A stretch of 64,000 nucleotides of DNA from the NCBI GenBank assembly GCA_905202145.1, contig CAJKQY010000001.1, positions 19,782 to 83,781 of the forward strand. The letters are read 5' to 3'. The notes beneath the pieces are model-generated. The model ran no database searches and was not told where the DNA came from. It was given only the letters and a program-made list of their open reading frames with translations. The position numbers were made by a program, and so were the translations under genes. The stretch's first letter is position 1. Each line of letters starts with the position of its first letter. This DNA comes from an uncultured Collinsella sp. GTDB taxonomy: Bacteria > Actinomycetota > Coriobacteriia > Coriobacteriales > Coriobacteriaceae. Shown piece by piece: positions 1 to 9,641 of this stretch.

Positions 1-641
1 CGGTCCTTGCCGTCGTTTGTGGCGGTGCCTATTGGTTCGTGACGGCCGATCCCATGGGTGTCATGCCTGGCTTCTATGACCAGTTTGGTCAGGCCGCGCA
101 GACGACCTTCCCCACGCGTCAAAAGGGCGAGGCGACTGAGGACGATACCAAGCAGGACGATTCTGCCGAGGTGGTCCAGGAAGAAACCGTGCTGACCGAT
201 GATCAGCTCTATACCAGGCTCGACGGTCTGTATCAGACCATCGTGTCCTACGGTGACGAGGACCAGATCGGCGAGGTCATCGATTCCTTTAACAACGGCT
301 ATCTCCGATCGCCGCTGTCCACCCGTCAGGAGCTGTCGCAGAGTGCCTACGCCCTGCGCGACCAGATCAAAAAGACGCAAGATGAGCTCAACAACCTTAA
401 GTATCAGGACGATACGGTCTATGCGGATGACATCGCCCACTTAAAGCAGCTTGCCGAGTGGATGTTCGAGCGTGTCGACGTGATCTGTCAGAGCTGGGAC
501 ATCTCGCTGGCCATTCCCGATGGCGAGTCGATGAGTTCCCACCAAAGCGAGATCCTGGCGCCCATCGCGCAGGGCGGCAACAGCGCGCTGAACCAGTACG
601 ACGCCAACGTGGGCTCCTGGAAGCCGCAGCAGCGTTCCTAA
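1..641 (+). CDS. hypothetical acidic protein, 5'-partial; the window opens inside a hydrophobic TM-like segment (LAVVCGGAYWFV) followed by a D/E/Q-rich soluble domain
   Basis: Open frame continues to position 1 in the frame of the listed ORF 39..641; no recognisable catalytic motif. Confidence 0.5.
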   Translation, partial: VLAVVCGGAYWFVTADPMGVMPGFYDQFGQAAQTTFPTRQKGEATEDDTKQDDSAEVVQEETVLTDDQLYTRLDGLYQTIVSYGDEDQIGEVIDSFNNGYLRSPLSTRQELSQSAYALRDQIKKTQDELNNLKYQDDTVYADDIAHLKQLAEWMFERVDVICQSWDISLAIPDGESMSSHQSEILAPIAQGGNSALNQYDANVGSWKPQQRS

Positions 642-679
642 AATTAGTTCGCCATAGTCGGCATAACCTACGTGCGCAA

Positions 680-709
680 TTGATGTAAGCGCATGCTTAT
701 TGCTACAAT
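680..709 (+). promoter_or_regulatory. candidate sigma70-type promoter for ppiB (TTGATG -18- TACAAT) overlapping a short TGCGC..GCGCA inverted repeat
   Basis: Hexamers read directly from the sequence about 40 nt upstream of the ppiB ATG. Confidence 0.35.
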
Positions 710-748
710 TCGTACAAATATGCTTTAAACGCACGAGGAAGGAACCAC

Positions 749-1291
749 ATGTTTGGTTTTAAGAAAGAGCTCTACACGCCCGAGTATCAGCTTGCCGGCG
801 ACGAGTGCGCCGTTATCGAGACGTCGAAGGGTACCATCAAGGTCAAGTTTGACGGCGAGGGCGCTCCCATTCATGTCGCGAACTTCTGCGAGCTTTCCAC
901 GATGGGTTTCTATGATGGCCTTAAGTTCCATCGCTATGTGCCCGGCTTTGTCATTCAGGGTGGCGACCCCAATACCCGCGATATGTCCGGCGCCGACGTC
1001 GCTGCCGGTCTTGAGGGCCCCGACGGCATGCCCGGTACCGGTGGCCCCGGCTACTGCATCAAGGGCGAGTTTGCCACCAATCCGCGCAACAGCCATGTCG
1101 ATGGTGCCCTTGCCATGGCACGCTCCATGGATCCCGATTCCGCGGGTTCGCAGTTCTACTTCTGCCTGGGTGCCCAGCATAACCTCGATTCCGGTTACAC
1201 CGTCTTTGGTACCACGGTCGAGGGTCTCGATGTGATTTCGCAGCTGCGTGCCGGCGACGAGATCGTCCATGTCGAGATCGTTCACGAGTAA
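749..1291 (+). CDS. ppiB: peptidyl-prolyl cis-trans isomerase, cyclophilin type
   Basis: Cyclophilin signature HRYVPGFVIQGGDP and FFICL-like core; RBS AGGAAGGA upstream of the ATG. Confidence 0.85.
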   Translation: MFGFKKELYTPEYQLAGDECAVIETSKGTIKVKFDGEGAPIHVANFCELSTMGFYDGLKFHRYVPGFVIQGGDPNTRDMSGADVAAGLEGPDGMPGTGGPGYCIKGEFATNPRNSHVDGALAMARSMDPDSAGSQFYFCLGAQHNLDSGYTVFGTTVEGLDVISQLRAGDEIVHVEIVHE

Positions 1292-1302
1292 AGGGGACTT
1301 CC

Positions 1303-2607
1303 TTGAATAGCCAGCTGATCCAACAGGGCCGCGCCGCTTACCGCGCGGGTGATTTTTCCGCTGCAGCCCAGATGCTTGGGGCGGCAAAGACTCCCGATGA
1401 GATTATGGGCGAGGCCGATCACCTTCGTGGCAACGCCTTGATGCACCTGGGCATGTATGCCGAGGCCGCTGAGGCCTATGCCGCCGCCCTCAACGACGGC
1501 ACCTATGGCAAGCGCGGCGCGCTGCTCACCAACCGCGGCAAGGCACTCGCCGCCGTGGGCGACTACACGACGGCCGCTCAGGCGTTCTCTGCTGCTACGC
1601 AGGACGCTTCTTATGCCACGCCGTTCAAGGCCTATCTGGGCTTGGGTAACGCGCTGTTTCAGTCGGGCGACTATGCCAACGCGGGTACTGCCTTCCGTCA
1701 GGCTGCCATCGACGGCGCCAATCCGGCTCCTGCCGCCGCACTCGGCGAGCTCGGTCGTTGCTTCATTAAGCTCGGCCGTCCGGCGGATGCCGTGGAGACC
1801 TACCGCACGGCTATCGACTTTGCCGGTCCCCGCGACGACACGCGTGCGCTCAACGCCGGCATGGGTCAGGCACTTTCTGCCGCCGGCCGCCCCTCCGACG
1901 CACTCGACGCCTTTAACGCCGCTACTGCCGATGGCATCTACCAGCTCACCTCCGAGCAGGCCGATGAGCTTGCCCGCGTTCACGATTCGCTTGCCGCGCT
2001 ATCCGCCCAGACGGCTATGGCCACGGCTCCGGCGCCCGCGATGGACGCTCCTGCCGTCGATCCGCTCGATCCTACGGGCGCGACCGGTCAGTTTATGCCC
2101 GATCCCTCGGACACCGGTTTCTTTACGCTGTCCGAGTCCGAGATGGTCCAGCAGGACCGTCAGGATCGTAAGCAGGCCAAGGTCCGTCGTCGCCATCGCC
2201 ACACGGGTCTCAAAGTCTTCATTGTGCTGCTTCTGCTCATTTTGATCGCCGCGGGCGGTCTGGGCTTTGCTTACACGCGCGGCTTTGGCTTCCCGTCTCA
2301 GGAATCTGTGGTTACCGATCTGTTCCAGGCTGCCGGCGACGGTGACACCGCAAAGGCCGAGTCTTGCCTGGCCTCGAGCCTGTCCGAGGACGCTAAGTCG
2401 ATGATCATCTCCTCGATTCCGCAGGGTGCCACCGTGTCCGTCGAGGGCATGGATCAGTCCATGACCGAGACGACCGCTAAGGTGAAGGCATCGCTGTCCA
2501 AGGGCGGCGAGCAGGAGTACACCGTCAAATTCGTGCGCTCCGACAACCATATCGGCTGGGCCGTTTCCTCGCTCGATATGGATTTCTCGGCTGCTGACAA
2601 CCAGTAG
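1303..2607 (+). CDS. tetratricopeptide-repeat protein with C-terminal single TM helix and about 110-aa extracytoplasmic tail
   Basis: Repeated A/G/Y-rich TPR-like 34-mers, basic stretch RRRHRH then TM segment LKVFIVLLLLILIAAGGLGFAY; TTG start. Confidence 0.6.
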   Translation: MNSQLIQQGRAAYRAGDFSAAAQMLGAAKTPDEIMGEADHLRGNALMHLGMYAEAAEAYAAALNDGTYGKRGALLTNRGKALAAVGDYTTAAQAFSAATQDASYATPFKAYLGLGNALFQSGDYANAGTAFRQAAIDGANPAPAAALGELGRCFIKLGRPADAVETYRTAIDFAGPRDDTRALNAGMGQALSAAGRPSDALDAFNAATADGIYQLTSEQADELARVHDSLAALSAQTAMATAPAPAMDAPAVDPLDPTGATGQFMPDPSDTGFFTLSESEMVQQDRQDRKQAKVRRRHRHTGLKVFIVLLLLILIAAGGLGFAYTRGFGFPSQESVVTDLFQAAGDGDTAKAESCLASSLSEDAKSMIISSIPQGATVSVEGMDQSMTETTAKVKASLSKGGEQEYTVKFVRSDNHIGWAVSSLDMDFSAADNQ

Positions 2608-2629
2608 TGACCTTATGGGATTTAGCTTT

Positions 2630-2662
2630 GCCCGGCGCTTCACCGCAAGTGAGGTGCCGGGC
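2630..2662 (+). terminator. GC-rich hairpin after the TPR gene (GCCCGGCGCTTCACC gcaa GTGAGGTGCCGGGC), weak U-tract
   Basis: Perfect 14-15 bp inverted repeat read from the sequence. Confidence 0.4.
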
Positions 2663-2734
2663 TTGCGCTAGTATCATGAGCTAGTAGTTTTCCAGCAATC
2701 ATCCAACACATCAGGAGTTGCGTTGTTTTCTTTG

Positions 2735-3766
2735 ATGGATATGTTCTTCGGTAGCTATGCGGGCGATCTTGCCATCGACCTCGGCACCGCAAATACGCTT
2801 GTCTCCGTGCGCGGCAAGGGCATCGTCATTCGCGAGCCCTCTGTCGTCGCCATCGACAAGAACGACGAGCGCATCCTGGCGGTCGGTATCGAGGCAAAGC
2901 GCATGCTCGGCCGTACGCCCGGCAACATCGTGGCCGTTCGCCCCCTGAAGGACGGCGTCATCGCCGACTTCGATGTTACCGAGGCTATGCTTCGCTACTT
3001 TATCGACAAGGCGTCCGAGAAGCGCTATCCGTGGACCCCGCGTCCGCGCGTTGTCGTCTGCGTTCCCTCCGGCGTCACGTCGGTCGAGAAGCGTGCTGTC
3101 TTTGAGGCCACGATCCAGGCCGGCGCTCGCCAGGCCTACCTGATCGAGGAGCCCATGGCTGCCGCTATCGGCGCCGATCTGCCCGTCGAGGAACCCACCG
3201 GCTCCATGGTCATCGACATCGGCGGCGGTACCACCGAGGTCGCTGTTATCGCCATGGGCGGTATCGTCGTCTCGCAGTCCATCCGTATTGCCGGTGACGA
3301 GTTCGATCAGGCTATCCTCACGCACGTTCGTGATGCCTACAACCTGGCCATCGGCGAGCGTACGGCAGAGGACATCAAGATCAAGGTCGGCTCCGCCGTG
3401 CCGCTCAAGGACGAGCTCGACGTCGAGGTCAACGGCCGCGACGTGATTACCGGTCTGCCCAAGACCGTGCGCATCGAGAGCGAGGAGATTCGTCGCGCGC
3501 TCAACAAGCCGCTCGACGAGATGGCTAAGGCCGTCAAGGACGCACTCGATGCCACGCCGCCCGATCTTGCCTCGGACCTTATGTACTATGGCATATTGCT
3601 GACCGGTGGCGGCGCGCTGCTGCGCGGTCTCGACGTGCGCCTGCGCGATGAGACCGGCGTTTCGGTCAACGTCAGCCCCACGGCGCTCGATAACGTCGTT
3701 AACGGCTGTGCCCGCGTGCTCGAGGCCAATGCGTTTGATGGCGGCTTCGTCCAGACCAATGCTTAA
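2735..3766 (+). CDS. mreB: rod shape-determining protein MreB (actin-like ATPase)
   Basis: N-terminal DLAIDLGTANTLV phosphate-1 motif and overall MreB similarity; the start could be 2723, 2735 or 2741. Confidence 0.9.
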   Translation: MDMFFGSYAGDLAIDLGTANTLVSVRGKGIVIREPSVVAIDKNDERILAVGIEAKRMLGRTPGNIVAVRPLKDGVIADFDVTEAMLRYFIDKASEKRYPWTPRPRVVVCVPSGVTSVEKRAVFEATIQAGARQAYLIEEPMAAAIGADLPVEEPTGSMVIDIGGGTTEVAVIAMGGIVVSQSIRIAGDEFDQAILTHVRDAYNLAIGERTAEDIKIKVGSAVPLKDELDVEVNGRDVITGLPKTVRIESEEIRRALNKPLDEMAKAVKDALDATPPDLASDLMYYGILLTGGGALLRGLDVRLRDETGVSVNVSPTALDNVVNGCARVLEANAFDGGFVQTNA

Positions 3767-3787
3767 TTTCCAAAAGGTGGATTCCAT

Positions 3788-4786
3788 TTGGCACGATCTT
3801 CGGGTTTCTCCACAAATCTGAATACCAAGCGACAATCAACGGGTATGCGCCCGTTGATTGTTTTCAGCCTGATTTCGGTGTTGCTGCTCACGTTTTACAT
3901 CCGCGAGGGCGAGGCAGGACCGATTCATGCCGTGCGTTCGGGCGTAACGACGATTACCTCGCCGGTGCGCTTTGTGGGTTCGGCTGTGGCGGCTCCCTTC
4001 AATGCGATCGGCAACGTGTTCTCTAACCTTACGGCGTCGCAGGACACGCTTGATGAGCTTAAGAAGCAAAACGAGGAACTGACCTCTAAGGTTGCTGAGC
4101 TCTCCGAGGCTCAAAAGACCGCTGAGCGTCTGGAGGGGCTGGTCGGCCTGCAGTCGACCTACAACCTTAAATCGACCGCAGCTCGTATCGTCGGTGCCTC
4201 GGGCGATGCCTGGACCTCGACCGTCACGATCGATAAGGGTTCTGCCGACGGGCTTACCATCAACATGCCCGTAACGAGTTCGGCCGGTGTTATCGGCCAG
4301 ATTATCGAGGTATCGGCCAAAACGTCGACCGTGCGCCTGATTGGCGACGAGAACTCGGGCGTGTCCGCCATGGTGCAGGACACGCGCGCCCAGGGTATGC
4401 TGCAGGGTCAGGCTGACGGCACGCTGCGTCTTGAGTACGTGAGCGTCGACTCCGATGTTAAGGTTGGCGACATCATCGTGACCTCGGGCATTGGCGGTGT
4501 GTTCCCCAAGGGTCTACCGCTCGGCACCGTCTCGTCGGTTGAGAAATCGGCAAACGACGTGTACTACACCATTGTGGTGCGCGCTCAGACCACGGCCGAG
4601 AACAACGAGGAAGTGCTGGTCATCACCTCGCTGACCGACGAACAGTCGGCCTCGGATGAGGACGTGAGCACGGCCAACAGCACGCCGCAGGGAACGTCGC
4701 GCGATGCTGCGACCAAGACGAAGGACGAGAGCTCGGATGACAGTTCCGACACGTCCGAGACGACCGATTCCGGCTCGAGCGAATAG
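3788..4786 (+). CDS. mreC: rod shape-determining protein MreC
   Basis: TM anchor, coiled-coil (LDELKKQNEELTSKVAELSEAQ) and MreC beta domain (GDIIVTSGIGGVFPKGLPLG); S/D/T-rich C-tail; TTG start, alternative ATG at 3845. Confidence 0.85.
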   Translation: MARSSGFSTNLNTKRQSTGMRPLIVFSLISVLLLTFYIREGEAGPIHAVRSGVTTITSPVRFVGSAVAAPFNAIGNVFSNLTASQDTLDELKKQNEELTSKVAELSEAQKTAERLEGLVGLQSTYNLKSTAARIVGASGDAWTSTVTIDKGSADGLTINMPVTSSAGVIGQIIEVSAKTSTVRLIGDENSGVSAMVQDTRAQGMLQGQADGTLRLEYVSVDSDVKVGDIIVTSGIGGVFPKGLPLGTVSSVEKSANDVYYTIVVRAQTTAENNEEVLVITSLTDEQSASDEDVSTANSTPQGTSRDAATKTKDESSDDSSDTSETTDSGSSE

Positions 4787-4791
4787 GGGGC

Positions 4792-5364
4792 ATGTCCATG
4801 GATCTACACGAGCAGGGGATGAGCTCCCGCACGTTTGTGATCGCCGCCATTGTGTGCGTGCTGCTGCAGGCAGGCCTGGCACCGCAGATCTCCATTGCGG
4901 GCGGTCGCGTCAACTTCATGATTATCTTGGTGTGCCTAAGCGTGTTCTCGGGCGACCCGACCCGTGCCGTCGTGTGCGGTTTTTGCAGCGGGTTGTTCTA
5001 TGACCTGTCCGCTGCCGTGCCGGTGGGCGTTATGTCGCTCCTGCTGACCGTGGGTTCTTTTGCCCTGGTGCACAGCGCCGTCGGTCAGACGGGCGGTACC
5101 CCGAGTGCGCGCGGCGTCACCGTGGGCGCCTTTGCGCTCGTCATTAATGTGATCTACAGCATCATCTTGCTGTTTATGGGTTTGGAGACGAGCTTTGTCG
5201 TGGCGATCTTCGGCCATGCGCTGCCGTCCTCGATCCTGACGGGTCTGGTTGCCATTCCGTTTTTGATGTCCGGCGTCGTGCCGCAGTCCGGCTATGGATT
5301 CTCCGCACGTGGCGGACGCCAGACGGGTATGCGCTTTAAGCCCAAGACCCGCAAGCTCAAATAG
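4792..5364 (+). CDS. mreD: rod shape-determining protein MreD (polytopic membrane protein)
   Basis: Small multi-TM protein immediately after mreC in the mreBCD context. Confidence 0.7.
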   Translation: MSMDLHEQGMSSRTFVIAAIVCVLLQAGLAPQISIAGGRVNFMIILVCLSVFSGDPTRAVVCGFCSGLFYDLSAAVPVGVMSLLLTVGSFALVHSAVGQTGGTPSARGVTVGAFALVINVIYSIILLFMGLETSFVVAIFGHALPSSILTGLVAIPFLMSGVVPQSGYGFSARGGRQTGMRFKPKTRKLK

Positions 5365-5377
5365 GGGAGGCCCGTAG

Positions 5378-7447
5378 ATGTCTTCCCAGATGACGGTTAT
5401 TATCGCCGGTATCGTGCTGGTTGTGGCCATCGTGGTCGCGCTGGTCATCATGCGTCGTGGCAATTCCCGTTTTACCTACGATACACAGCATGGAACGGCC
5501 CCGCGCGCCACCGAGGGCGAAGGCAATACCGCGGCGACCGCCTTTAAGGGCCGCTTTTCCATCCTCACCACGGGTGTGGGCGCAATGTTTGCGGCACTTG
5601 CCGTCAAGCTGTGGGGCATGCAGATGGTCTCGTCGGACTATTACGAGAAGCAGGCCAATAGTAATCAGACTCGCACCGTTACCACACCCGCTGTGCGCGG
5701 TCGCATCCTCGACCGCAATGGCGTGGCGCTTGTCCAGAACCGTCCCTCACTTGCTGTCGTGGCCTACCGCGACCTTGCCGAGGATGAGGTTCTGGTTCGC
5801 CATCTTGCCAACGTGCTTGGAATGCCTTACGTGGCGGTCCTTCGCAATATTCAGGACAATACAGAGGGCGCCCAGAGCCTGCATACCATCGCGACGGACG
5901 TCCGTCGCTCCACGGTTGCCTATATTCAGGAGCATGCCGGCGAGTTCCCGGGCGTCAAGATTGCCGAGCGTACCGAGCGCCAGTATCCATATGGCGAGAC
6001 GGCATGTCATATCTTGGGCTATACCGGCACCATTACCTCCGAGCAGCTCGAGGCCCAGAATAAGAAAACCTCTGGCGATGATGATGCTTCTGCTGGCAAG
6101 ATTACGTACCAGTCGGGCGATATCGTGGGCCAGGCGGGCGTTGAGAGCTACTACGAAAACCTGCTGCAGGGTATTCGTGGCGAGCAGACCGTCAAGGTCG
6201 ATGCTTCGGGCAATGTGACCGGTCAGGCCGGCGCCGTGCCCGCGAAGGCCGGCTCCGACATTAAGCTCACGCTCGACCTTAAGATCCAGCAGGCCTGTGA
6301 GACGGCGCTGGCGAGCGCTATCGAGCTTGCCAAGACCACTGGCTACAGCAATGCCGGCAACGGCGCTGTGGTGTGTCTCGATCCCAACAATGGCGAGATC
6401 TTGGGCATGGCGAGCGAGCCCAAGTTCGATCCGTCCGTCTTTATCGGTGGCGTCTCAAACGACGTGTGGACCGAGCTCAATGATGACAAGGGTTCGCACC
6501 CGCTGCTCAACCGCGCCATTAGCGGACAGTACATGTCGGCCTCGACCATCAAGCCGCTCTCGGCGCTGGCCGGTCTTGAGTTTGGAACCTACACTTCAAC
6601 GCAGACAACCAACTGCACGGGCTATTGGACGGGCCTGGGCAAGGCTTGGGGCAAGCGCTGCTGGCTGACGTCTGGCCACGGCACCATGACGCTGCAGTCG
6701 GGTATCGCCAACTCGTGCGACCCTGTCTTCTACGACATGGGCAAGGCGTTCTTTTATGACGAGCAACATCCCGAGGGCCTGCAGGAGGTCTTTCGTCGCT
6801 GGGGTCTAGGCAAGACCTGCGGTATCGATCTGCCGAGTGAGGGCTCGGGCCGTATTCCCGATGCCGAGTGGAAAGAGTCGTACTTCACCGACGCCTCTGC
6901 CGAGGACCGCAAGTGGAATGCCGGCGATATGACCAACATTGCCATCGGCCAGGGCGACATCCTGGTGACGCCCCTGCAGATGGCGTGCGCCTATATGGGT
7001 CTTGCCAACGGCGGCAAACAGTACGTGCCTCACGTGTTTTTGTCTGCCGTATCGCGCGATGGTGACGGCGATGCCTATAAGTACAACGGAAAGGGCAAGA
7101 AGAAGCGCCTGGAGGCCAAGATCAACAGCGATTCGGATTTGGCTCTTGTTCGCAACGGCATGCACGACGTGATTTACACGGCATCGACGTCCCTAGCGGC
7201 TCACTTTGGCACCCTGACGCCGCAGGTATACGGCAAGTCGGGCACGGGCGAGAAAAGCGGCGAGGACGAATACGCGTGGTTCTGCGCCTATGCACCGGCC
7301 GATGACCCCAAGTATGTCATCGCTACTGTCCTGGAGCAGGGCGGCGGCGGCTCAGATACCGCGATGCATGTCGTGCGCGACGTGCTCGGCGTGATTTATG
7401 GCGAGCCCGATACCTCTTCGGCCTCGGGCGATTCTTCGGTTCGATAG
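5378..7447 (+). CDS. mrdA: penicillin-binding protein 2 (elongasome transpeptidase)
   Basis: PBP dimerisation domain plus transpeptidase motifs STIK (SxxK) and KSGT; N-terminal TM anchor. Confidence 0.85.
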   Translation: MSSQMTVIIAGIVLVVAIVVALVIMRRGNSRFTYDTQHGTAPRATEGEGNTAATAFKGRFSILTTGVGAMFAALAVKLWGMQMVSSDYYEKQANSNQTRTVTTPAVRGRILDRNGVALVQNRPSLAVVAYRDLAEDEVLVRHLANVLGMPYVAVLRNIQDNTEGAQSLHTIATDVRRSTVAYIQEHAGEFPGVKIAERTERQYPYGETACHILGYTGTITSEQLEAQNKKTSGDDDASAGKITYQSGDIVGQAGVESYYENLLQGIRGEQTVKVDASGNVTGQAGAVPAKAGSDIKLTLDLKIQQACETALASAIELAKTTGYSNAGNGAVVCLDPNNGEILGMASEPKFDPSVFIGGVSNDVWTELNDDKGSHPLLNRAISGQYMSASTIKPLSALAGLEFGTYTSTQTTNCTGYWTGLGKAWGKRCWLTSGHGTMTLQSGIANSCDPVFYDMGKAFFYDEQHPEGLQEVFRRWGLGKTCGIDLPSEGSGRIPDAEWKESYFTDASAEDRKWNAGDMTNIAIGQGDILVTPLQMACAYMGLANGGKQYVPHVFLSAVSRDGDGDAYKYNGKGKKKRLEAKINSDSDLALVRNGMHDVIYTASTSLAAHFGTLTPQVYGKSGTGEKSGEDEYAWFCAYAPADDPKYVIATVLEQGGGGSDTAMHVVRDVLGVIYGEPDTSSASGDSSVR

Positions 7448-7456
7448 GAGGTTGCG

Positions 7457-8683
7457 ATGGATTTTTCTCCGGCGGATCTGTTCCGTTCAACCAAGACCGG
7501 CTCTCGCAGCAGCCTGGACCGTGTCAACAAGCAACTTTCGGCCTCGCGCGGCACGTTTCGCCAAAAGGTGCATATCGGTGTGCTCGTGGCTACTGTGGCG
7601 CTTGTCGCCTACGGTGCCATCATTATCTGGTCGGCTTCGCAGTTTAAGGCCGATGCCTCGTTCTCACGCCATCTGCTGGGAATTGGCATCGGAGCGGTGC
7701 TGGCGGTGCTGGTCTGGCGTACCGACCTGCGCGGTATTTCCAATTTCTCGACGGCGTTGCTCGTCATTGACCTGATCGTGATTTTCTCGCCCAAGATTCC
7801 GGGTCTGTCCTATACGGGCGGTCTGGGCATGACGGGCTGGATCAAGATTCCCGGTATCGGCTTGACATTCCAGCCGGTTGAGCTTGCCAAGCTCATCACC
7901 ATCTTCTTTATTGCTACGCTTGGCTCGCAGTATAACGGTCGCATCGATACCGTTCGCGACTACGTCAAGCTCTGCGGCATGCTGTCCATTCCGTTTTTGG
8001 CCGTCGTTGCCATGGGCGACCTGGGCTCGGGCTTGGTCGTGCTGGTTTCGGGCGCCATCGTCATTTGTATGAGCGGTGCACGCCGCGAATGGGTGCTGTC
8101 GACCCTGGCCCTGCTCGTGGGCTTGGTGGCCCTCGTCCTGGCGCTCGATTCGGTCTTTGATTCGTTGCTCGGCCACGATGTGCTCATCAAGCAGTATCAG
8201 ATGAACCGTCTGACGGTCTTTATCGACCCCGATAATGCCGATTCGGACGATGCGTACAATCTGCAGCAGTCGTTGATCGCGGTCGGCTCGGGCGGTTTCT
8301 TTGGTAAGGGCCTGGGGCATGCGACGCAGTCGGCCGGCGGCTTCCTACCCGAGTTCCATACCGACTTCGTCTTCGCCTTTTTGTCCGAGACCTTTGGCTT
8401 CTGCGGCTCCTTTTTGCTGCTGTGCTTGTATGTACTGCTCATCTTCTCGACGATCCGCGTTGCCTTTAAGTGCGAGTCTCTGTTCCTACGCTTATCATGC
8501 GTAGGTATCGTCGGCATGTGGGCGTTCCAGACCTTCGAAAACATCGGCATGTGCATCGGCATGATGCCGATTACCGGTATTCCGCTACCGTTTATTAGCT
8601 TTGGTTCGTCTTCGATGATGATTCAGCTGCTGACGGTGGGTATCGTACAATCCATATGGCGGCATCGTTCGGGCGCCGCGTAA
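7457..8683 (+). CDS. rodA: peptidoglycan glycosyltransferase RodA (FtsW/RodA/SpoVE family)
   Basis: Ten-TM SEDS-family protein directly after PBP2. Confidence 0.85.
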   Translation: MDFSPADLFRSTKTGSRSSLDRVNKQLSASRGTFRQKVHIGVLVATVALVAYGAIIIWSASQFKADASFSRHLLGIGIGAVLAVLVWRTDLRGISNFSTALLVIDLIVIFSPKIPGLSYTGGLGMTGWIKIPGIGLTFQPVELAKLITIFFIATLGSQYNGRIDTVRDYVKLCGMLSIPFLAVVAMGDLGSGLVVLVSGAIVICMSGARREWVLSTLALLVGLVALVLALDSVFDSLLGHDVLIKQYQMNRLTVFIDPDNADSDDAYNLQQSLIAVGSGGFFGKGLGHATQSAGGFLPEFHTDFVFAFLSETFGFCGSFLLLCLYVLLIFSTIRVAFKCESLFLRLSCVGIVGMWAFQTFENIGMCIGMMPITGIPLPFISFGSSSMMIQLLTVGIVQSIWRHRSGAA

Positions 8684-8701
8684 CCGCTGGAGGGGTTTGC
8701 T

Positions 8702-9631
8702 ATGAAAATTCCCGTAGATAAGCTGACCCGCGCTTTTAAGATGGGCGCGTCCGTTAAGAAGGATTCCGATACGCCGGTGCGCGTCTCGGTCTATCTGGAT
8801 TCGTCCGCCTCGCGCTTTCTGGCCGAGACGGTGCGTGACGCCTTTGTGCCGCAGACGACCTCGGGTATTGTGCGCGTCGAGCGTCTGGGGGAGGAGCGAA
8901 TTGCTCCAAAGACCGATACCGATGTGGTGCTGGTGCTCTCGTGTGGTTCCGACCGCTTGGAGAGTGCCGTGCAGGAGCTCGTGATCGCCGGCGCGCCCGT
9001 GTGCGTGCTTGCCGAGTCTGCTGTGGAGGTGCCGTTTATCGAGGAGTCCACGCCCATGCTCGGCGTGGTAGCGGCAACCGATAAGACGTATCTGCTCGAG
9101 ACGCTTGCTCGCTGGATTCTCGATCGCACCGACAAGGAAACGGCTTTTGCGGCGAACTTTGCCTTCATGCGCATTGCGGCAGCCAATCGTATCATCACCT
9201 CGTGCGCGCTCACCAATATGGCGACCGGTGCGCTGGTGTTTTTGCCGGGCGCCGATTATCCCGTTATGGCGCTGGCGCAGGTGGGCATGCTCTTTGAGCT
9301 CGCTGCCGTCTTTGGACGCGGCATTAAGCCAGAGCGTGGCTACGAGGTCGCGGGCGTGCTTGCCGGCGGTCTTGTGATCCGCGCGGTCACCCGCGCGCTC
9401 GTCAAGCAGACGCCGCATATTGGGTTTGCCGTCAAGGCGCTCACTGCCGCCGCGGGCACCTATGGCATGGGCCGTGCGCTCGTTTCGCTCTACGAGCGCG
9501 ATGTCGACTACAGTCGTGCCAACGAGGTGGTCACTGCCACGTTCTCCCGCGTTCGCGATCTGGTGACCACGGTCGCGGGCGCTACCCGTCCTATGGCGTC
9601 CTACCAGGACGCATCCGATCTCGCAGCTTAG
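8702..9631 (+). CDS. conserved hypothetical protein; N-terminal alpha/beta region plus C-terminal hydrophobic/amphipathic helices (possibly DUF697-like)
   Basis: Clean ORF with an RBS 19 nt after the rodA stop; no catalytic motif recognised. Confidence 0.55.
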   Translation: MKIPVDKLTRAFKMGASVKKDSDTPVRVSVYLDSSASRFLAETVRDAFVPQTTSGIVRVERLGEERIAPKTDTDVVLVLSCGSDRLESAVQELVIAGAPVCVLAESAVEVPFIEESTPMLGVVAATDKTYLLETLARWILDRTDKETAFAANFAFMRIAAANRIITSCALTNMATGALVFLPGADYPVMALAQVGMLFELAAVFGRGIKPERGYEVAGVLAGGLVIRAVTRALVKQTPHIGFAVKALTAAAGTYGMGRALVSLYERDVDYSRANEVVTATFSRVRDLVTTVAGATRPMASYQDASDLAA

Positions 9632-9641
9632 GGGTTTTCCG

